Sequence record: MN871445.1
DNA: 64,000 nt
Strand: one strand, 5' to 3'
This document shows positions 58,040 through 64,000 of the stretch, piece by piece. Made by a program: the position numbers and the translations under genes. How positions within the stretch are numbered: position 1 is the first letter of the stretch; each line of letters opens with the position of its first letter. The notes under the pieces were generated by a model. It was not told where the DNA came from. It worked only from the letters and a program-made list of their open reading frames with translations, and made no database searches.

Positions 58040-58082
58040 TTTACGGTTCATCGAAACAATATACTTCTAAGAGGAAAACACC

Positions 58083-58511
58083 ATGGCCGATATTAACATT
58101 ACGGTAAGTGGCTTACCCAATAAAGGCAAATCAGTTATAGTTGCGGAAATTGTGACTCACTTGAGATCCTTGGGTGTAAATGTTACTTTTCAGGATTTTG
58201 AAGGAGAAGAATGTATTCAGGGACTTCTCGATGCTCCTGACCTGAGGGATTTGTGTCTGGGAAAACTCATTCAACGCGGTGCAAAAATCCATACTCGAGA
58301 ACAACACATCTATCGCGGGCAAGAATCTATCCCCATAAGTTCGGCAGATTGGCATTGGGTTCCCGTACCCCCCGCAGAAAACTCAATGATGTACCTGAAT
58401 TCTGGTTACGTTATTACTCATAAAAAAGATGGGAGTAGATACCGCAGTAGCCGACCAGTTGACGGACTACTCCGCGACGATCCATTTGCCGATTTACGCA
58501 GATTCGCATAA
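58083..58511 (+). CDS. Small P-loop (Walker A-like) protein, paralog of 22778
   Basis: NITVSGLPNKGKSVIVAEI. Confidence 0.6.
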   Translation: MADINITVSGLPNKGKSVIVAEIVTHLRSLGVNVTFQDFEGEECIQGLLDAPDLRDLCLGKLIQRGAKIHTREQHIYRGQESIPISSADWHWVPVPPAENSMMYLNSGYVITHKKDGSRYRSSRPVDGLLRDDPFADLRRFA

Positions 58512-58541
58512 TTTCATTCACCCATAAAAGGTATTTAGTAC

Positions 58542-59294
58542 ATGTATAACAACCACGCTAACTACATCCCAACCATCACTTCTGCACACATTGCGCAGCG
58601 CGAGCAAATTGAAGCCATGGTGCTGGAATTCCACAATGTATTCCAACAGGATATCAATCAACCCATCACATCAGAACGACTGTTTTACCGGGCCCGGCTG
58701 ATTAATGAAGAAGCCTGGGTGGAAGGCATTCCCGCCAATTGGAATGCTGACCTCGAAAAGATCCTGGATTCGATGGGCGATACGCTGTATGTGTTAGCTG
58801 GCACTCTGGTGACTTTCATCGATGCGGGTCGTACTGGACATATGACCGATATTGAAATTGAGGACCTGGGTAGTTCGGAAATCCCTAACTTCATTGCCGA
58901 CCCGTTGGATGCGTTACACACTGCGCGTGAGACGGTTAATGTGTTGCGCCACTGCGCCACCGTAGCGGGAGAAAGTCGATCTGAGTGTTTTGATTCCTAC
59001 GCAATAGATTCGATGTATGCTATCCAGTGGGCGCTAGAACAAATGGGTGTTGACCCAGTTGCGCTGGTCAGTGAAATCCATCGCAGTAACATGACCAAAC
59101 TTTGGCCGGAAGACGCCGTGGTCGATAATCCTGAGGTGGTGTACACCAGCGTAGGTAACGGCCTGGTTTTATGTAACCGCAAAAGCGATGGTAAAGTGAT
59201 TAAATCACCTACCTATTCCAAAGCTGATCTGTCTCCATTCGTCGCTCAAGTGAAAGCCGGCCCGCACGGCAGCATCTACGGCGAACAAAAGTAA
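58542..59294 (+). CDS. MazG-like / PRA-PH-like NTP pyrophosphohydrolase
   Basis: EFH..F, LINEEA.E, ILDSMGDTLYV, EIHRSNMTK, DGKVIKSP.Y...DL. Confidence 0.82.
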   Translation: MYNNHANYIPTITSAHIAQREQIEAMVLEFHNVFQQDINQPITSERLFYRARLINEEAWVEGIPANWNADLEKILDSMGDTLYVLAGTLVTFIDAGRTGHMTDIEIEDLGSSEIPNFIADPLDALHTARETVNVLRHCATVAGESRSECFDSYAIDSMYAIQWALEQMGVDPVALVSEIHRSNMTKLWPEDAVVDNPEVVYTSVGNGLVLCNRKSDGKVIKSPTYSKADLSPFVAQVKAGPHGSIYGEQK

Positions 59295-59303
59295 TCGTAA
59301 CCT

Positions 59304-59321
59304 GGTAGGGGAAACCCTACC
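59304..59321 (+). terminator. Hairpin
   Basis: GGTAGGG-GAAA-CCCTACC then TTTTTATGCC. Confidence 0.75.
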
Positions 59322-59357
59322 TTTTTATGCCTGTTGACCTAATAAAAGGAACGCATC

Positions 59358-59738
59358 ATGTCTGAACCCATCACCGTCACCACCACTACCTATTGCAACC
59401 CTTCTTTAGTGGTGGGTGGTGAGGAACCCCTAACCGAAGCGGAGCAGGCCGATATTGACCGCTACACAAAAGCCGTACTAAATGGCGGAATTATTGGTGA
59501 AGAAAGCGAGGATACAATTAAAATTATTCCGTTCTCAGGAATAACCAAGATATATAAGTCCTCGGACGATTTTATTTGTGTAAGTTATTTGGGTGAAGGT
59601 AGGGCTTTTTACTTCGCTTCTCTCCGGGTGCGGGATGCGGTTTATACTTACATGGTAGATATGTTGAAACACTATCTATCGAGGCCTGCCTTTCTCCCGG
59701 TTTCTACCAGCACGAAAAAATACGAAATGGGAATTTAA
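59358..59738 (+). CDS. Hypothetical protein
   Basis: AAGGA RBS. Confidence 0.6.
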   Translation: MSEPITVTTTTYCNPSLVVGGEEPLTEAEQADIDRYTKAVLNGGIIGEESEDTIKIIPFSGITKIYKSSDDFICVSYLGEGRAFYFASLRVRDAVYTYMVDMLKHYLSRPAFLPVSTSTKKYEMGI

Positions 59739-59878
59739 TTGCTTTAATGGGGGTGGTTGGTGGGTGATAACCTAACAAAACAACACTGGGGTAAAATCGA
59801 CGTGACGTGGGGAAAACTACGGCATCAAAGTTCCCGGAATCTTCGTCGTATGTTAAACAAACCAAAAAAGGCATCCTG

Positions 59879-60199
59879 ATGGCAATCAAAACACAAGAGG
59901 AATTACTCAATGAATTTATGGATCAAATCCTACATCAACGGTTCCTTGCCTTGCGTCAGGCAGAAACCAAAGAAGAAGCGGTCGACCAAATCATCATCGG
60001 CATCCTCTCGACCATCGACGGCGTCAGCGGTCAGTGGCCTGACCCCATCACCCTGGTGGTTGAACCTACACCCGAAGCCGAAATCGAAGAAATCCAAGCG
60101 GAAGGTCGTAGTTGGATAGAAGCACCAACCCCAATCAACCTCGATTGTTATCTTCACGATCTTTACGGTGCCGAATTACGTAAACGTTTTAAATCTTAA
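59879..60199 (+). CDS. Hypothetical protein
   Basis: GILSTIDG motif loosely like 18579. Confidence 0.6.
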   Translation: MAIKTQEELLNEFMDQILHQRFLALRQAETKEEAVDQIIIGILSTIDGVSGQWPDPITLVVEPTPEAEIEEIQAEGRSWIEAPTPINLDCYLHDLYGAELRKRFKS

Positions 60200-60214
60200 T
60201 AGGGAAGTCACCAT

Positions 60215-60616
60215 ATGTTTTTAAGCAAAGATACCATCAAAAATGTCCAGCATTTAGTCGAAGCAAATACCTGCACCATTGAGTCCGTGACGGTGGAAGC
60301 CATTTATAGTCAGCGTGGCGAAACTTACGTGAAGATGGCTATTGATGGCTCGGGTGCGGTTGCTGTATTTACGGTCAAGCCGGGTCAGAAATTGCATGAC
60401 CACATACTGGACGCGGTAAGATGGAAATCGTATTACTTACTCAATGAAGTTTATGGTGGTCTAGAGTGTGACGACTCTGCTGAGAAAATCCTGGAGTTAT
60501 GGCCCGCTGCCGATGGAAATGTTCGCGAAATAAAAAGTCCGCTGAGTGCGCCTATCGAACAGATAGACGATGCACGATTCAAACAACTCCAGAAAAAGTT
60601 TAATAAACATTACTGA
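60215..60616 (+). CDS. Hypothetical protein
   Basis: GGGAAG RBS. Confidence 0.6.
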   Translation: MFLSKDTIKNVQHLVEANTCTIESVTVEAIYSQRGETYVKMAIDGSGAVAVFTVKPGQKLHDHILDAVRWKSYYLLNEVYGGLECDDSAEKILELWPAADGNVREIKSPLSAPIEQIDDARFKQLQKKFNKHY

Positions 60617-60627
60617 TTGACGGCATA

Positions 60628-60649
60628 GGAGGAGGCTTACGCCTCCTCC
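60628..60649. terminator. Hairpin between convergent genes
   Basis: GGAGGAGGC-TTAC-GCCTCCTCC; TATGCC follows on the - strand. Confidence 0.8.
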
Positions 60650-60664
60650 AGTTATGTTGTCTTT

Positions 60665-61285
60665 TTATTTTTTGCGTTTAAACGCATAGGTACCAATGCC
60701 ATCGCGACCCAAATCAGTTTCAATGGTATTATGCTCCACCAAATCAAAACCTTCACCACCCATAAACCGAATAAGGCCGGCATGAGTGAAATACCAGATA
60801 TGTTCATCTTTGCGGTAATGGATGGATTTAGTGATGTGTTCTGCATCAGTAAAAATAGGGATGGATACGAATACCCAATCTGTTGCTTGGGCAAGCGCAA
60901 CATCAGGTTCATCGATGTGCTCTAACGCATCCCAAAAGGTCAATGCGTCAATAGGGGATTGATAGAAATCGTGAAACTTATTCTGATCAGCTAACCAAGC
61001 GATACCTGCCGGATTAACATCAAACCCAACGGCTCCTTCGCAGTTGTCTACGAATTGGCCCGCCCCGATACCCACATCACACACTGGACCGGACCAGTAC
61101 TTCTTAACTAAAGCCACCCGGGCTTTAGTTAGGGCGTCGCCCATCGGAGTAGCTGCGCGTTCACGATAGCGTGCGAAGTATTCTGCATCATAAGGGCGTG
61201 CATCTTTGGGTACTGGATAATGTCCGATACCCAGCTCAGGAAAGAAAGAAAGTTCGGCGTTGAGTAACTCAGAGACCTTGCGCAT
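60665..61285 (-). CDS. Class I SAM-dependent methyltransferase
   Basis: YDAEYF, VCDVGIGAGQF, GFDVNP, FWDALEHI, EHIWYF. Confidence 0.85.
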   Translation of the reverse strand: MRKVSELLNAELSFFPELGIGHYPVPKDARPYDAEYFARYRERAATPMGDALTKARVALVKKYWSGPVCDVGIGAGQFVDNCEGAVGFDVNPAGIAWLADQNKFHDFYQSPIDALTFWDALEHIDEPDVALAQATDWVFVSIPIFTDAEHITKSIHYRKDEHIWYFTHAGLIRFMGGEGFDLVEHNTIETDLGRDGIGTYAFKRKK

Positions 61286-62159
61286 TTAACCACCCGTTAA
61301 TTTTTCCAGTGACGTTACTGATGTATTTGTTGCACGCATGCTTCATTTCATAACACATACAGTACTTGTCAGGATAAACAAACAAGCAGTTGTGTAAGCT
61401 CATAATTCTTGGGTCGGTGATTTTAGTGTGATGATTACAACCACCGCAACCACCCCCTAAGAAAATAGTGGGCCGACGATAGGCAAAGGCAGCTTGAGAT
61501 ATTAAGCAAGGCCCAGTCACCACAATATCAGCGCGTTCCACTAAGGCCATCAATTCAGTGATTGATAGCTCCCCTTTATGTATCTTTAAATGTGCGAATG
61601 GTTCCACATCTGGAATCCACTCCGCACCCGGTTCCAAGTCGGCTACGCTGATACAGAAATATCCGCGAGCCTGCAGCGCTCTAGAAACCTCATCAACATG
61701 CTTATTGAGCGGCCCTCGTGATTGGTGGTGCCACTCTTTACGTTCGGTAGTCGGGCGTATCAGTGCAAGTTTCTTGATGTTGCCCGGAATGTATTTGTTG
61801 GGTAATTGAAAGTGAGGCATATCCAATGCTACAGGTTCCACGCCGAATTGGCGACGACCGGCAGCGAACACAGAACCATTCTCCAGATCTTTAATCCCAT
61901 AAAAGATTTTCTTCGTGATAAGTTTCAGGTCACGGGGAACCTCTTCATATTTAACCTGCGTCCTGCTTTCATTTTTCTTTTGTGTACGCAGAGTAGTGTT
62001 CGCTCTAACAAAATGAACATTAGGGATGTCCTGATAGAATTCTGGGATAGGAGTTTGAATCCAGACCTCATTGCCGGACATTACTAGCCGCTTAATAAAT
62101 GGGCGCTGAAGTAGTTGATCGCCGATGCCCTGCATTCCATTGATTAGGTATCTTGCCAT
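61269..62159 (-). CDS. Glycosyltransferase, GT-B (GT9/heptosyltransferase-like)
   Basis: GMQGIGDQLLQRPFI, LIRP, LSITELMALVERADIVV. Confidence 0.7.
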   Translation of the reverse strand: MARYLINGMQGIGDQLLQRPFIKRLVMSGNEVWIQTPIPEFYQDIPNVHFVRANTTLRTQKKNESRTQVKYEEVPRDLKLITKKIFYGIKDLENGSVFAAGRRQFGVEPVALDMPHFQLPNKYIPGNIKKLALIRPTTERKEWHHQSRGPLNKHVDEVSRALQARGYFCISVADLEPGAEWIPDVEPFAHLKIHKGELSITELMALVERADIVVTGPCLISQAAFAYRRPTIFLGGGCGGCNHHTKITDPRIMSLHNCLFVYPDKYCMCYEMKHACNKYISNVTGKINGWLNAQGL

Positions 62160-62177
62160 GGTAATTACCCTCTATTG

Positions 62178-62750
62178 TTATAATCGAATACTCGAGGACC
62201 ATAACTCATCCTCTAATGTATTAGTTTTAAATGTTTTCAATTCCGTATATCGAGAACAGTTAATGACTGACATAGTTCCAATGATGTCTGGGACTTGGTT
62301 AAAACAGCCATGCCATTTTTCGATATCGCTGTCTTTAGGATTCGAAAGGTCATCGATATGGGGTCCGTGCCAATGTAGCCCATTAGCCAGAGAACAATCA
62401 TAACCCAATAACAATACTCTCTCAGCACCGAGATTGTGAGCCAAACAAATAGCGCGCATGCCTGAGTTGAATGGTCCTTTTGCGGGTATTGGCATGTACT
62501 GAATATCTGGGTAATCTTTTATTGTGGTTCTGATAGAAGTCCATTTCACCATCGTATTAGGTACCTCATCGTGATATTTGCGCCACCATGTTAAATCTCC
62601 GGCATAGATGTGGTCACAAGTAGGCACTTTACGCCAACTATTATTGACCGCGATAATCGGATAATTAGTTCGCATGATGAGATGGCAGTCCTCATCAGTG
62701 AGTGATGGCCCTGAGGCTACACAAATGAACGTCTTTTTATCGAGTGGCAT
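62178..62750 (-). CDS. Rossmann-like protein of the glycosyltransferase-associated/MptE-like type
   Basis: ICVASGPSL, IIAVNNSW, YAGDLTWW, FNSGMRAI, LLGYDC, HWHG. Confidence 0.7.
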   Translation of the reverse strand: MPLDKKTFICVASGPSLTDEDCHLIMRTNYPIIAVNNSWRKVPTCDHIYAGDLTWWRKYHDEVPNTMVKWTSIRTTIKDYPDIQYMPIPAKGPFNSGMRAICLAHNLGAERVLLLGYDCSLANGLHWHGPHIDDLSNPKDSDIEKWHGCFNQVPDIIGTMSVINCSRYTELKTFKTNTLEDELWSSSIRL

Positions 62751-62820
62751 GAGATAAGCCTTACAGTAGTGGACGTTAAAACCTATATCATTTTTCCATT
62801 AAACAAAACAAACATGGAAC

Positions 62821-62828
62821 TATATTAC
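62821..62828 (+). promoter_or_regulatory. phiKZ-type early promoter element TATATTAC
   Basis: Exact octamer, A-rich upstream. Confidence 0.7.
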
Positions 62829-62867
62829 TGATTGGACATATACTGCGTATATCCGGAGGTATTTAAC

Positions 62868-63629
62868 ATGAGCGAAAATAACGTTGTTCCTTTTACTGGG
62901 AAGAAATTGATGTCCAATTACCCCGCAACAACCATGAACAGTGAAACAACTGACCATATGGCCAGGCTGTCATTCAGCATGACTGCGATGCAATCGTCGT
63001 TACGCCGGAAGCCAAACGTACTTCAGTACGATGATTGGGTAAAAACCATGATTGGTTCCACACAAATGGTTAGACTGGGTGTCCTTGACGTTCGCTTGCG
63101 TAACCGGTTCTTTGACGCATTCGAATCCGGTGGATTGACACTAACCCGATGGTTAAACGAGGCGCGGTATCTCAGTCAACTACCATTGTGCGATATCGTA
63201 GTGGATTATAGTCACTATGATGAATTTAACGGTTGGGTTGATGTAGACCGACCAACAATGCGGTTTAATCTCGGTAAAGGGGTTTCTATTATCCAAGAAT
63301 CTTTTTTGTTGGGGAAAGAATCAGAATATCCGGAAACTGCACTTGAAGATTACCGTAAATCAAATGTAGGGTGTGTGGAGATTGATGATATCTGGGATTC
63401 ATGTAATGCCGACCCGAGGGGCTCGATTATTGAACCGCGGTTAGTAGAGCAACTAGCGGACTGCTTTTATCTGGATGCGCTGGCGTGTGGTGGTGGGTGG
63501 GAAGTAGAAAGAACGGAGAAAGAAACCACGTTCTGTTTTTTGGAAGCCATCACCCCGAAGCACATCAAGCGCTGGACATTATCGTTTAACAACGAATACT
63601 ACACTCTTTTCTTAACTGGGGATATTTAA
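62868..63629 (+). CDS. Hypothetical protein
   Basis: GGAGG RBS before ATG 62868. Confidence 0.65.
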   Translation: MSENNVVPFTGKKLMSNYPATTMNSETTDHMARLSFSMTAMQSSLRRKPNVLQYDDWVKTMIGSTQMVRLGVLDVRLRNRFFDAFESGGLTLTRWLNEARYLSQLPLCDIVVDYSHYDEFNGWVDVDRPTMRFNLGKGVSIIQESFLLGKESEYPETALEDYRKSNVGCVEIDDIWDSCNADPRGSIIEPRLVEQLADCFYLDALACGGGWEVERTEKETTFCFLEAITPKHIKRWTLSFNNEYYTLFLTGDI

Positions 63630-63630
63630 A

Positions 63631-64000
63631 ATGAACACTTCTAATTGGTCGGCTTACCTGCATGATGACCGTGTCGTGATTGAATCACCATCAGGATGCA
63701 CATACGACATCCCAGCATCTGATACCAGGTATACGTTGTCATTAGTCGCCGGCGGGTACCTCTACCTCCTTACCACCAAACCCAGTTTCACCACACGGCA
63801 TCTACTCGTGCCGGCAGGTAACCTTAGCATTGAACTATTCCGGGACATGACTTATTTGCAGGGTGCGTTAAATCAGTACTTTACCCCTGATGAAGCCGAA
63901 CTGTTTACCGGTGTTCAAACAAAACCCAAAAAGTACATGCGCCTGCCTAATAGCGGTACGCTTGTCTATTTGGTGGACATTTTATCTGTGAACAGATTGG
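63631..64000 (+). CDS. Hypothetical protein (truncated by window edge)
   Basis: Manually translated open frame MNTSNWSAYLHDD... to end. Confidence 0.6.
   Translation, partial: MNTSNWSAYLHDDRVVIESPSGCTYDIPASDTRYTLSLVAGGYLYLLTTKPSFTTRHLLVPAGNLSIELFRDMTYLQGALNQYFTPDEAELFTGVQTKPKKYMRLPNSGTLVYLVDILSVNRL

Noticed and set aside
15200-64000. tRNA/ncRNA genes and the many antisense or overlapping ORF-track calls
   Set aside because: No cloverleaf with T-loop/CCA found by eye in the short intergenic gaps (tRNAscan-SE not run); overlapping ORFs lack RBS and sit on better-supported genes.

Overview
This is a 64 kb segment of a large lytic phage genome, most likely a phiKZ-related (Chimalliviridae-like) jumbo phage. 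Evidence: dense +strand small ORFs, six intergenic TATATTAC elements matching the phiKZ early promoter, LINxxN/YDRL-type virion proteins, and no tRNA, integrase or host housekeeping operons. The tailspike and invertase style suggests an enterobacterial host (inference). 1-15.2 kb is a receptor-binding-protein (tailspike/tail fibre) locus. It contains a Hin/Gin-family serine invertase and three hix/gix-like 26-bp sites (886-911, 5904-5929, 6705-6730), all crossed in the same reading frame (S-N-L-G-S-S). One constant 5' module (putative promoter, RBS and ~46 N-terminal codons at 6578) lies with the invertase gene inside a ~0.8 kb invertible segment. It can be fused to at least three alternative tailspike bodies: the expressed one (to 8269) and two headless reverse-strand cassettes (5924->4110 and 906-><1, the latter missed by the ORF track). 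This is a multi-cassette host-range shufflon. 15.3-64 kb is an early/accessory region of ~100 mostly hypothetical genes with several paralog sets. It includes thyA, a DEDD exonuclease, an HD protein, a nucleotidyltransferase, NADAR, ASCH, a MazG-like pyrophosphatase and a reverse-strand glycosyltransferase/methyltransferase trio. All family calls are from motif recognition by eye; no database searches were run.
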